From Amoebidium appalachense (Eukaryota > Protista > Ichthyosporea): DNA of 64,000 nt. The stretch is taken from the NCBI GenBank assembly GCA_963693365.1, contig CAVNZM010000001.1, positions 4,914,907 to 4,978,906 of the forward strand. Reading direction: 5' to 3'. The notes beneath the pieces were generated by a model. That model ran no database searches, had not been told where the DNA came from, and saw only the letters and a list, made by a program, of their open reading frames with translations. Each line of letters starts with the position of its first letter. The first letter of the stretch is position 1. Below are positions 13,553-26,925 of the stretch, one piece after another. The translations under genes and the position numbers were made by a program.

Positions 13553-15410
13553 ATTTTTCAAGCTGCATGGGGCTGTTTACATTTCCGTATAAGAATTGAA
13601 GTTCTGGTTGGGGGATGGGATCTGTGTGTATGCACACGTACTGAATGTGAACGAGAATGTGAGCGATTAACTGATTATCTGTATATTTTGATGAACGAAT
13701 ACCAGTTTTGAATATGTGCTCTAAGGAGCTGCCTTGATTGTATTAAGGCCATACCACATGTATATAGTTAGTAACCCTAAACTTAATCGTCCGTTTTAAT
13801 GAATGCTAAATAAACCTGAAAAATCAAGTGTATGTCCGGATCCATTTCTGAAAGAAATTCGACTGTGTATGTCTAGGATGGGTGCGGCGGTTGGGGGGGT
13901 GGGGGGAGGAAGTGGGGAGGAAGTCCGGTTGTGTGCAAGGATAGGTCCCTTCTTCCCCCCCCCCCCCCCCCCCCTCTTCCCCCCCCCCCCCCTCACCCCC
14001 CCCAAAACCCACCCCCTTCCCCCCCCCCTCCCCTCCCCACTCCCTGCTCCCCCCCCCCCCTCCCCCCCCCCCCACCCCCACCACCAACACCACCACCACC
14101 AACACCACACACACACACACACACATGCACAATGTTCGTTTCTCGTATATAGTTGCTGTAGTTCAACCTTTTACCTATTGTTATAATTTTCTTTGTACGT
14201 TTCCATTAGGTTTCTCACGCACGCCAACCGATACTGGGTGCGGCGATTGGGGAGGGACGGGGAAGGAGGGAGGGAAGGGGGCAGGGAGTAGAAGGGGGGG
14301 GGGGGGGGGAGAGGGAGGGACACCAAGATAGTGGGGTGGGTAACATGCGTTGTGTCCAGGGATTCTGCATAATACCCACTCCTTCCTCCCCTCCCCAACC
14401 ACCACCACCACCACCACAACCAACACACACACATACACACTAATGGTTTCTCATACTTTTGCTTGGCTTCTCAGCATATAAAACCGTGACTGACGTCGTA
14501 CTCATTACATGCACCCCTGCGTATGGGCCCATGCCGGGGGACGGGGGGGGGGGGGGGGGGGGGGGGAGGGGGGGGGGAAGGGGGGGGGGGGGAGGGGGGG
14601 GAGAGGGGGGGGGGGGGGGGAAGGCGGGGATAGAGAGAATTTCTTTTTTTTATTTACCTATGAGCTTTTGTTTGACAATGTGTTGTGCCCTGGTCAAAGG
14701 GGGGGTATGTCTTCTGCCCTTTTGAGTTTCATGTACAATTTATTTGTATGATGATGGTGGCGGCAGCGGGGGGAGGGGGCGGGGGGAGAGGGGGGGGGGG
14801 GGGGGGAGGAGGGGGGGGGGGGGGGAGAAGGGGGTGGGAGAGGGGGGGGGGGGGGGGGTCGGAGTCACGGGGATGGATGAAAGGAAGGAGGGAAGGAGGG
14901 GAGATGTTTTGTGCAGCAACTGCCTGCTATTCTGAGTGTTCATGACTGAATATAACCAACAGGGTTGCACCACTCATTCTTACTCACCTTGGAACACTGG
15001 AACTTCAGGGCCGCGCGGGGGGGGAGGGGGGGGGGGGGGGGGGGAGGGGGGGGGGGGTTGGAAGGCTGTGGTGACGGAGGTTGGTGCAGGTGGTGGTTTT
15101 CTGGTCTGGTTATATGGTAGTGATTGTGCTGCTCTGTCAGCACTAAGTTTTCGTATGTTCGGGGCGTGTATGTGTGTGTATGTGTGTGTGGGTGAGGGGG
15201 GGGGGGGGGGGGGGGGGGGGTTAATATGTAGTGCCCTGCGTCAGTGAAGCATGTCCAACTGTGTGTGCGTGTGCGTGTGCATGTGCATGTGTAGTAAGTC
15301 CTGACACCTCCTCCTCTCCCTCCCCCCCCCCCCCCCCAAAAAAAAAAAGAAAAAAGAAACCCCACACACATAATCGTCCCCACCAGGTCCTCCCATCGGG
15401 GCCCCCTCTT

Positions 15411-15770
<360 letters not shown>

Positions 15771-16300
15771 GTGAGGGTTTTGGCTTTACAGCATGCACAT
15801 CACGGTGACATTTTAATGTTGGTGGTGACAGTATGTACTCATTCTCCGGCAGCGGGCAACAAAACGGAAGTATTTGCGGTGAGTGAAGGGTTAAGGGGGA
15901 TCGTGCGGGAAACTCTGCAAGCCGGAGCAGAGAGATAGCCCGGCCAGTGTGTGTGTGAGAACGAGTGTGTATGTGCATGTGAGTGTGTGTAGGAAGGGGG
16001 GGGGGGGGGGGGGGAGGGGTTGCATGGATTGAAGAACGAGCAAGCAACTTGTGACATGGTCAAGCAGTGAAGCCTGCGAGACTGCAACTTGGACCCCATG
16101 GGGTATGGGGAGAGAATAGATTTTTCTGGGGGGCGGGGAGGGGGGGGGAGGGAGAGGGGGAACGGGAGTGAGGGGCGTGAGTGGGGGGTGGAATGGCCGG
16201 GAGGCAGGGGGGGGGGGGGGGGGGGGGGGGAGGGGGGGGGGAGACCGGGGATGCACGTAGTTGTGTATGTGGTTTAACACTTGCAGGCCATATTAACAGC

Positions 16301-17090
16301 AAGGCCCCAATTACGAGCAGATAAACTTGCGGCAAGCAGAATTATTCTGCAGAAAGCGGAACTTTCAAGGAAAAGTATTCTGCAGAAAGCGGAATTAGTC
16401 AAGCACGGAATCATTTTGCAGAAAGCGGAAGTAAAGCCAATAGCGTTCAGCGGAATTATTTAAGTAAAATTATTCAGCAGAAAACGGAATTATCCAAGAA
16501 GGTTCATTCTGCAGAGTGTAGAATTAATCAAGCATTGAGTATTCTACAGAAAGTGGAACTATCCAAGACGAATTATTCTGCAGAAAGTGGAGAATTATCG
16601 AAGACGAATTATTTTGCGGAGTGGAGAATTATTCACGACGAAGTATTCTGCAGAAAGTGGAACTATCCAAGACGAATTATTCTGCAGAAAGCGGAATCAT
16701 CCAAGACGAATTATTCTGCAGAAAGTGGAACTATCTAAGACGAATTATTCTGCAGTTCGAAAGTGGAATTATCCAAGACGAATTATTCTGCAGAAAGTAG
16801 AATTAGTCAAGCATTGAGTATCCTACAGAAAGCGGAATTATTCAAGCAATAGTATTCTGCAGCAAGCGGAATTATTCAAGCAGAAGTATTCTGCAGAAAG
16901 CGGAAATAGTCGAGCAGAATTATTCTTCAGAAAACGGAATTATTCTGCAGAAAGCAGATCATGAATCTGCAGAAAGCAGATTTATTCTGCAGAAAGCAGA
17001 TTTATTTTACAGGGAGCAGAATTATTCTGCAGAAAGCAGAATTGTTCTACTGTATCTGTAACGATGCTGATGTACATATGGTTGGGCCCT
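16301..17090. mobile_element. Foldback/MITE-type element, copy 2 (same family as 6897-7458)
   Basis: Right end ATATGGTTGGGCCCT is the reverse complement of AGGGCCCAACCATAT. Degenerate left end AAGGCCCCAATTACGAGCAGATAAACTTGC. Interior array of GAATTATTCTGCAGAAAG units in about 33-nt higher-order repeats. Flanks acagc/acaga match at 4/5. Confidence 0.75.
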
Positions 17091-17179
17091 ACAGAGGACT
17101 CCCTACTAGTTCAAGGTAAAGTTATGTTTGTGGCCATGTGGTCATGTAACCGCTGCAAAAATTTTACTCACCGATGGTA

Positions 17180-17295
17180 CAGTGTCCGTCCGCCCCTAAG
17201 ATCGTCCACTGCTAAGATTCCGTATACGCCGATTTTTCCAAAAACTTTAGATTCCGTATACGAGCCCATTTTCGGGATTATCTTAGAGCAAATAG

Positions 17296-17348
<53 letters not shown>

Positions 17349-17697
17349 ACACGTGTGTGTGTGTGTGCACAAATACAGATTTTGAAAAGGGCTCTCGAAG
17401 ATTCCATTCCTCTCTCCATCTCTCTCTCTAGAGATCTCTCACTCTCGAGCTCTCTCTCCCTTCCCTTCCTTCCCCCCCCCCCCCCCCCCCCCCCCTCCCC
17501 CTCCCCCCTTCCACATCGGTAACTAGCGGCTCTAGCCCTCTAGGTGCCCCCCCCCCCCCCCCCCCCCCCCTCCTTAAAAAATAAATAAATAAAAAGACCA
17601 CCCAACCAGTGGCACCCAGCCCCTCTTATCATATATATAGTGGCCAGGGCAGCACCCCCCCCCCCCCCCCTCCCCTCCCCTCCCCCCCCCTCCCCCT

Positions 17698-17733
<36 letters not shown>

Positions 17734-17880
17734 GATCATGGGTACGACCGGTCGTCTCCGGCCTGATTGCCCTAAGATTCCGTCTACCTACCCCCCCCCC
17801 CCCCCCCCCCCCCCCCCTCAAAAAAAAAAAAACAAAAAAAAAAACAAAAACCGTAGAATCTTAGGCGTGGACGCAAACTG
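17180..17880. mobile_element. Candidate Tc1/mariner-like MITE with subterminal repeats
   Basis: Left CAGTGTCCGTCCGCCCCTAAGAT; reverse complement of right end CAGTTTGCGTCCACGCCTAAGAT. Preceded by TA, but the right flank is TG. Internal repeats of CTAAGATTCCGT(A/C)TAC near 17212, 17248 and 17773. Confidence 0.55.
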
Positions 17881-18947
17881 TGTACTGTGATGATACCATA
17901 CACACTGTAGATTAATTTAACTTTGGCGGCAACCGTCCCCCATATGCATGCAATAGACCAGTAGTACGTGGCCGCATGGCTGGGTGGGTGTGTGTTTGCC
18001 CACCCCCGCCTCCACCCCCGACTCTTCACCCATCATCCCGCTCCATCTATGTGCATCCTGTTCGAAGGCATATCAATACCTCGAGTACATGGTTTTCACC
18101 TCTAGAGGACCGGACTAATTGATTCTACTGGCTGCCGGTTGGGACCTAAACAACTCTATTGCGGTTCAAAATCAATATAAAAACCCCGAATAAATTGTAT
18201 ATATCGACAGGTGTGTGTCTTATCTACATATATTTCTAAGTTGGTTTGGTAAAAATATCCCTGTTTCGTATACTGTTGTATCTGCTTCTGGGGCCACCTT
18301 CGAGATTTTGGGGAAACCTTGGAGCTGCCATCGAATGTCGACTGAACCGGCCAATCATATTTTGCGGTTGACGTATTGTTCCAATCAGAAGCTTGCATTG
18401 ACATCAATTGGATGTCGACATTGACTCGTCAAGCCGGCAAGCACCCTTCGTAGTTACGCCATATACAGAGTATCGTTATTGAAATAAAGTTCAGTTGTTT
18501 TTTGCATAAAACGAAGGATAAATGTATATTCTAATCTCGCGCAACTTTTATTTGACTGGTTCCTATCAACTCCATGCTCACATTATAAGCACAAACTGGC
18601 TCATGTCGGTGTCAATCATTCTAGATGTCGATGTCGTATTAATTACGGAACTGAACAGGTTAACATAATACCGTATGATGGTGCGTCCCCCTCCCCCTCC
18701 CCCCGCCTCCCCCCTTACCTCTCCCCTCCACAAACGGTGTAGGTCCCCCCTCCCCCCTCCCCCCTGCCCCCCCACCCAATCCCCTGGAGGAGTTCAAATT
18801 TCAACCCCCCCCTCCCTCCACCAACATCCCCCCCCCCCCCCACCCGGTTCCCATCCCCCCCCCCCCCCCTCTCCCCTTCCTCCCCCCCCCTCCCCCCCCC
18901 CCCCCCAGTATAATAAACAAACAAAAGATAGCTGCTGCTACCCCCCT

Positions 18948-18987
<40 letters not shown>

Positions 18988-19054
18988 CAGGCTCCCTCCC
19001 CAATTCAGATCACTCTTTCATAAGCCTATCGGCCCCATTTGATAACTTACACGT

Positions 19055-19103
19055 GTAAATCGGGGAGCTTTCCAAGGCAGTAAATCGGGGAGCTTTCCAA
19101 GGC
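19055..19103. repeat. Perfect 24-bp direct tandem duplication
   Basis: GTAAATCGGGGAGCTTTCCAAGGC at 19055-19078 and 19080-19103. Confidence 0.95.
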
Positions 19104-19935
19104 TCGGCCACGCCGTCTGGAACGGCCGGCCGGCCGGTAATGCGCAATTGCGCATGCAGTCACACACGTACGTGTCGTGTGCACTGAATCGAAGCACCGC
19201 GCACGACCACGTGCACTGTACGGTAATTCATGCATGAATCTCCTGTGTACTTGCGTGCAAGATTCCGAGCAAGAAGTCTATTACAGTAATATTGAGTGGG
19301 TGCAGTTGTCATAGGTAGTGAAGGTAGCGAGCGACAAGGCTACTGTAAGGAGCTTATGGCAAAGAATTGTGGAGGGTGTCACAGAGGGAATCTACCACCG
19401 GCTTTTCTGGTTAGATCCACTCCTCTGATTGGCGAGTGTTGTTGTCCTGGAGAGATTTGGTGCAGGACAATAACCAATCAGCAGACAGGTAACGTGCCCA
19501 GAAGATCCTGGCATAGTTGACCCTTTGGGCTATTAGTTTTGAAACCATTGAAGATTGATGCAGCACGTCGGCGTTCTCATAACTTATGTATAAATTTTTT
19601 TTTTTTTTAAATCCTGTTTTGTTCCCGGAGGTGCCCCTAGGGGCCCTCAGGGGGAACTACCGTCTTCCACCCAGCACCGACAGTACTCTAGCTATAGGGT
19701 GCTACGATGCTATTAGCTAAACACTTATGTATCAACACCCCCGCTTTTTTCCTCTCGCTCTCGGATGTCTCTCTCTTTAATTGTTCTCTCCGAGGCTCTC
19801 TCTCCCTCCCTCCCTCTCTCTCTCTCTTTCTCTTTCTGTCCGTCTCGTTCTCTCCACAGCTCTCGAGCCCTCTCCCCGGCTCTCTCTCATTCGCTCCTTC
19901 CCCCCCCCCCCCCCCCCCCCCCTCCCCCCCCTCCC

Positions 19936-20099
<164 letters not shown>

Positions 20100-20129
20100 C
20101 CCAAAACCCCCTCCCCACTCTCCCTCCCT

Positions 20130-20307
20130 CTCTCTCTCTGCTCTCTACCTAGAGGGATCGATATCCCTGTTATTTTCGCTCTCTCTCACTATCGAGCTCT
20201 CTTGCCTCTTTCCTTCCCTCTCTCGCTCTGCTCTCTTCCTAGAGAGATCGATATCCCTGTTATTTTCGCTCTCTCTCACTATCGAGCTCTCTTGCCTCTT
20301 TCCTTCC
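20130..20307. repeat. Tandem duplication, about 90-bp unit x2
   Basis: CCTAGAG(G/A)GATCGATATCCCTGTTATTTTCGCTCTCTCTCACTATCGAGCTCTCTTGCCTCTTTCCTTCC occurs twice, 90 nt apart. Confidence 0.9.
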
Positions 20308-21725
20308 GCCTCTTTCTCTCTCAATTAGTACTCTGGCTAGAGACCTCTTTCTTAGTATGTGTGTGTGCGTGTGTGTGCGCGTGTGTGTGTGTGTCTGCTG
20401 TGAGTGTGTGTCTGTGCCACGCTGTGCCGTGTGCCTGTGTGCACATGTGGCGCCTAGATAGCTGTGTGTTAGCTGCTAATACCTGACACTTGCTGACACG
20501 CGACGCACACGCGTGTGTACAAGTGGATGTGTACATATGTGTGCGTACGTGTAGTGCACGTTCGCGTGTGTTTTTGACGTCCGTGTGTGTGTCCCTGTGA
20601 ATGCGTGTGCGTGCGTGTGCGTATGCGTGCTTGTTCGTGGCTGTGTTCGTGTGTGGTTATTATTATTGTGTACTTCTGGAAACTGGTTTAAAGACCAGGC
20701 TGTTACAGGCGGCCACTGAGAGACTGCACCCACTCAGCCGCTAGTGGTGCGTGTTGTGCTGTGAATAGCTCGCAGCCAAGCACGTACATACTGAACCCAC
20801 ATGGCCAGCTGTTTTGGGCAGCTGTGTGCACTTCGACGATCTATTTGCCCCCCTCACATAGTTGCATCGAAACCACGGTGATTGGCCATTACCGGCCATT
20901 ACTTAGATCTGTGTTTTTGATTGGCTTCATCATCTGATAACGGCATTATGATAACAAGATCCCGGCGGCCCAAACTCATGGTGATTGGAGGAGAAGGCAC
21001 CCGATAGTGGATGCCCCGCAATAAGATTGTTGAGTAACCCACACCATGCACCATCATATGGACACGTTCATAACAATTGTTGGCAAGTATATTTAGATAT
21101 GGATGGATGTTTTAGTGAGAAGGGCCAGATTTAGTAGCACTATTTATTAGTCATTTCTCATAGTATTTTATACCAAAATTACAGACCGACGATTGAAGTT
21201 AAACAGGTTCACAGTAGCCAGGAGGCACAAGGCCAGCTATCTTATCCACGGACGTCGAACATAAATCTCAAGGTGCAGGAGTTAGACGGTGGCTTTTATT
21301 CTGTAACGTAGCCATGCAAGAACACATCATACCCTCCTCACCCAAGGACCATATCATCCCCTATCAACTGTGTTTAGGTTGCCTCTTTTCCGCCTGCTGT
21401 TGCAAACGCAGCTTTTCTTTCCACACCGACATAGCCGAAGCTTGGCTTTAGGTTTGCCCCAGGAATTCAGCCCATACATTTCACACAGTCCACGATACCT
21501 CTGCCACCATAGATAAGGGCGTTGCCTTCATTTTGGGGGCAGAACAGAAATATTTTTATTAGTTTAGTCGCCAACCTTGCGTTTGCAGGTCGGTGGGGAT
21601 GCCTTGTTTAACATAGTGTGTAGTCAACTACATACCCTATTGTCAAAGAACCTGATTTTTCACCGTTTTGACCACCCTAGTACTGAACCAAGTGCCGCTT
21701 TTGTTACAACCTTTTTATTCTGAAA

Positions 21726-22191
21726 ATGGGCGTACTACTACAAACATCTCTAGCTGCTGTCCTAGCACTCTCCGGTGTGGAGGGCAGCAAAAAACACCAC
21801 GCACAGGCAAAGGTGCTTTCTTTGTCGAACTTGCCTGCAGCCTTTCAGCCCATGGCCGCTGGGGACGCTGCTAACCAAGACCTATCCACCTCTTCCACAG
21901 CAACACCCGGTACGTACAAATCTATTTTTAACTCAACCGGAACAGAAAAAAACAGGCCACGAGAGAATCAGAGAGTAAAGGATAACGGGTACACACTTTA
22001 GCACGCGTCCACAGCACAACCTTGAACCACACAGTTCGCACGAGTTGCATGTAATGCAGATTGAGATTGGCGTTGAAAAAAAATGCACAAACTGTCAAAC
22101 CAAATGTGGGCACGGTGCTGTGGTAGACACTTAGTGAAGCAAGCACAAAAAAAAACAAGTACATATGCATGCGCGCACAACGCGTGCGCAT

Positions 22192-22265
<74 letters not shown>

Positions 22266-24256
22266 AACCCTCCTCGAATTTCCCACATACAACTCACCAA
22301 CCCCTTGTCCTTCCCGCTCCCTTCCACCGTTCATCTAATATATACACACACACTAACCCACCCACACACGTACAGCCTGTATATACACCAAGTCATGGAA
22401 ACCACGCAACAACCCAGCCATTCTCTTCCCCCTGTACACCGTGGGCACGAAGGAGAGCATATCCACGGGTACTGTGTGCACCAATGAGCTCATCTATGAG
22501 GTGTCCAAGGGATGCCGGGCTGTCACAGCGGTGGTCAACCCCCAGAGTGGACCCTTGCCCAGGGGGGATAAACAGATTGCAGCAATGAGGGTATGTTTGA
22601 AGGAGGGGGAGGGGGGGGGGGGGCGGCGAAAGAAGGGGGAGGGGGAGGGGGGGGGGGGAGGGGGCGGGGTGAGGGGGGGGGGGGGGGGAGAGGGAAGAGG
22701 AAAACGGGGGGGGGGGGGGGGGGGAGTGGGGGGAGTGAGGGGGGGGGGGGGGGGCGGGGAGGGAAAAGGGGGAAGGGGGGGGGGGGGGGGGCTAGCAGTG
22801 TTTGTCAGTGGATTGTTTGTTCGTGTGGATGTGCTTTATGCGACATTCATAGGGCCAACTCCCCCCCTCCATCCCCCCCTCTCTCCCAGGAAAATGGTGT
22901 GTTGTTTTCATGATTTTCAACTGTTTTTTGCATTCCATTTTACCTTCTTTCGACCCCCCCTCCCCCCTTGGGGGCCCTGCCTCTCCCGGCCCCCGCACAC
23001 ACAACCAAAAGACAAAATCCTTGATGTCTTGGCTGTTTCTCAACCATTTTGTATATTTCATTTCCTCATTCTACACTTTCTTTGGCAAGGAGGAAAGCAC
23101 AAGCCCCCGCCCTCCCCCCTCCTTCCCCTCCCCCCGAAAAAATACCTTCGCTGCGTATACTTCTGTAAAATTTCCCTTGTTCTTACGTGAATCTAAGATT
23201 TGCACTCAGCTTGGTGTAATCCATATAACACTTTCATCCCCTCCCCTCACCCACCCCCACGCCACCCCTCCTCCCCTTCCCTTCCCTCCTCCACCACCAC
23301 CCACCCACCGATTACAGACATGCATGAAGCTACTAGACGACCACAACGTAACTATGGTGGGCTACGTGCACACAAAGCTGACGAGAAAGAAGGATGACGG
23401 CACATGGGACCCATATGCAATGAGACCCCCCTCCGAGGTTCAGGACGACATGAATATCTGGATGGAGCAGACAAAGGGGCTGGTGAATTTCAAGGGGTTC
23501 TTCTTGGATGATACGTCATCACACTGGGAGACGGCCATAAATAGATTGAATGTCTCGGGGGGACACATATCCTGGTACCGCAAGGTGTGTGCTAAGACCT
23601 TGTTCCCTTCGTTTGTAAATCTGTTCAAGCACCCGGAGGTTGGGGCGGGAGGGGGGAGGTTAGGGTGGGGGGAGGGGGGGGGGGGGGGGGGGGGGGAAGA
23701 AGGAGAAATGAGAGGAAGGGATAAGGGGGTCGGTGGGGGGAGGAGAGGGAGGTGCCGAGGGGGGGGAGGGGGGGGGGGGAGGGGGGGGGGAGGGGGGCAC
23801 AGAGTATGGTCATGAAAAGTGCATCGTCGATATGGGTTACTGTAAATTTGAGGGGAATACACCTGGCACAATATGGGAGGCTCTGTTGTACACGTGGCCA
23901 TGTGTTTGCATAAATGTGCTTGTGGATGTTCGCAGGGGTGTAAATTGTTTGCATGTGTGTATGTTTGTGGGCATTTGTATGGGTGTCTCGATATCTGTGT
24001 TGTGTGTCACATGATGTCCAGACGGGGAGGAAGGAAGGAGAGGGGGGAGTGGGGGGGGGGGGTGGGGGGGGGAGGGGGGAGGAGAGGTTGCGCATCGTCA
24101 CCCACGTAAACAATTAAAGGCCTAGTCGTCCATCCGTTCTCGTTAAGCACCCTAGGTTCTAACTGATACTAAACCATACTCAACTCCCCTCCCCGCCCCC
24201 GCCCCTCTCTCCCCCCCCCCTCCCCCCTTCCTCCCCTCCCCCCTTCCCCCCTCCCC

Positions 24257-24288
<32 letters not shown>

Positions 24289-25176
24289 GTACACATACAC
24301 ATTCCACCCCACCCCCTTTTCTCCCTTTCCCTTTTTCTCGTCCCGCCCTCATCTCATCTTTGCACCCCTTCATAGCTCGTTGCAGCCGCACGGTCCACCC
24401 TTAAAGATGCCATAGTGGTGCTCAACCCAGGGTCCTTTGTGGATCTGCGCCTCATGCTGCCCGACCCTGCCGACAACTACACCAAACCGGCCGACATCAC
24501 CATCCCCTATGAGGACTATGCATGGCGGTGGCGCCCGCCAAACAATGACTGCTCCGTGGCACAGGCAACACTAGGCCAGGCTGGATCTGGCACGTTTGAA
24601 CCCGGACCATGGTGCAGGGTATGTATGTGCATGCCGTTTTTGGTTTGGTTTATCGGTGTTTTTGATAGGTTTATAGTGTTTGCTTGCAGCGTCTTTCTTT
24701 CTGGACAGTTACTTTCATTGCGCGTTGGCTCTCCAGGAAAATGTGCACGTGTATTTTTGTGGATCTTTTAGGTTGTCCCGGTGTCGTTTGCTGTTTGTGA
24801 CAGAAGAGTGTATGGGAGCATGCAGGTGAACCTAATGTAGTGCGACAGACATTCGCTCTAGACAGCATGGCCGGCTGCAAGGGAGTTGTGCAGTAAGTGC
24901 ACATATGCTGTTTTGCTTGAACCCCCATGGACCTCTTAAGCAAAAAACATGCTGTTTCGCCTGAAGACCTAACGGATACCTTAAGCAAAAAGCATATCAA
25001 CAAATGAAGAGACATGGTTATTGGTCTTAGGATGAAGGAGGCCACATTCTTAAAGTCCACCCTCTCCCCTTCTTTCCCCCCTCCCTCCCCCCCTCCCCCC
25101 CCCCTCCCCCCCCAAACACACACACACACACATGTGCGCGCGCGCTCGCGCACGCACGCAAATGCACAAGCACACA

Positions 25177-25211
<35 letters not shown>

Positions 25212-25363
25212 CATTCCCAAGTGGGACCAGGTAGAGGATTTCAAGCGGGCCGTCACCGATCGCAGAATCAACGTGTCCGCAGTGGTTCACAGGTAGCAAC
25301 AACCTCCTTCCCCCCCCCCCCCCCCCTTCCTCCCGGGCCACTCGGGCTTCTCTAACCTGCTTC

Positions 25364-25405
<42 letters not shown>

Positions 25406-26925
25406 CCCGCCCCGGGCCATACCTGTCCTCAGGCAGTTAACATGCCAACACACACAATGAATTTGCCACCACCCACCCACCCTCCACCCACCTATCCCTC
25501 ACCCCACCACCTATCTCTCCACCACCTCTTACCTTAACCACCAACCGTCCACCCTCTCAACCAAGCACCCAGATGCACATAGGTGAGCCCTGTCCGACCG
25601 GATTTACGTCCACATACATCCCCTCCCCCTCCCCGCTCCCCCACCCCTCCTCCCCATACACACCCCTCTCTTCCCCCCCCCCCCCCCTCCACTCCCCCCA
25701 CCCCTCCCCCCTCTCCCCCCTCTACCCCGCGCGCGAAAAAAGAAACATTTCTCCACTCGGCCCACTCAGTGGACCCCAATGTGCATGTGCACAGTAGACC
25801 GCATGCAGATGTAGGCACTACGCTCGTTAGCATGCAAACACGAGCAACACACACCAAGATAAAAGCCCTTCGCAAAAAAAAAAAAAAGCTTCTGGTTTTG
25901 CATGAGATAGAGAAACTCTTTTACACCACTCTAACATTCAACCAATCATACGCAGTGCCACGTGCAACTTTGCATTCCAAGAGGTCCTCACGGCCAAGAA
26001 TGCCGGGTTCCGATACTTCTATGCCACCGATGCCACGCTCAGTGGCAATGGGCCGTGGTACCGTGTGCCCACGTTCTGGGACGCCTATTTGCGGTTCCTT
26101 GATCTCGGGTAAGATTTTACCCTCCTCCCCTCCCCCCCCCCCCCCCCCCCCCCTCCCTCCCCCTCCCCCCATCCCACACACACACCCCGCACACAAACAG
26201 ATACGAAGGAGGGGGGAAAGAAAGAAAAGAAAAGGACCTCGATTCTATGGTATGAAACCCAAAGGATCCACCCCCTTCCTTCCCCCCTTCCCCCGGCCGC
26301 TTTCCGGAATATCCCCCTCCCTCGCCTTCCCCAGCCCCTCCCCCCCCCCCCCCCCCCCCCTTGTTCCTCCACCTTCCTCCCCCTCCCCCCTCCCCTTCCA
26401 TGCACGCTGTACCTTGCACTATGCATCACAATTAAACCCCCTCTCTTTCTTGGTCGTATTTCTCGTCCTCTTCTCCCGTACATTCACTGGGCTCCATGTG
26501 TCACCTCACAAGTTCGTGCATGCCTGCAAGTTGCTTTACCAACCGACGCTCATAGTGCCGTTCTGCTATGAAAAGAAATATCCAACACATGGCAGCCATT
26601 CCTTATCCTATTCCTCGAATCATATCGAGCCATTAACACTAACACACATGTATTAAACAGTGAGACGTATAACTACACGACCGAGGACTACCAATGCGGT
26701 GGCCCCTTCAGCATCCCCAATGCGACCCTACCCACCACAGTATCACAGGAGACCAAACCCACCTTTGCTCCTGTTCCAAGCGTGACAGAAACCGCCCCTT
26801 ACATCATCCCTACAGGACCTACGAGCCCTGTCATTCGTCCGTCGGATGCGCAGAGAGTTGAGAGCAAGTCAGTACTTGCTATTGTCTCATCGGTAATTGC
26901 GCTTGTGGTGTCGGAATTGATTTAA
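21726..26925 (+). CDS. Spherulin-4 / GH135 (Sph3-like) glycoside hydrolase, secreted, predicted GPI-anchored; paralogue B (about 469 aa)
   Basis: join(21726..21909,22376..22590,23318..23584,24376..24618,25210..25292,25956..26108,26661..26925); all GT-AG, 1410 nt. Signal peptide MGVLLQTSLAAVLALSGVEG. Motifs ILFPLY, VVNPQSGP, MVGYVHT, KGFFLDD, VVLNPG, ADITIPYE, GPWYRVP. Thr/Pro linker and hydrophobic tail SKSVLAIVSSVIALVVSELI*. Colinear with paralogue A and shares 5 intron positions. Confidence 0.9.
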
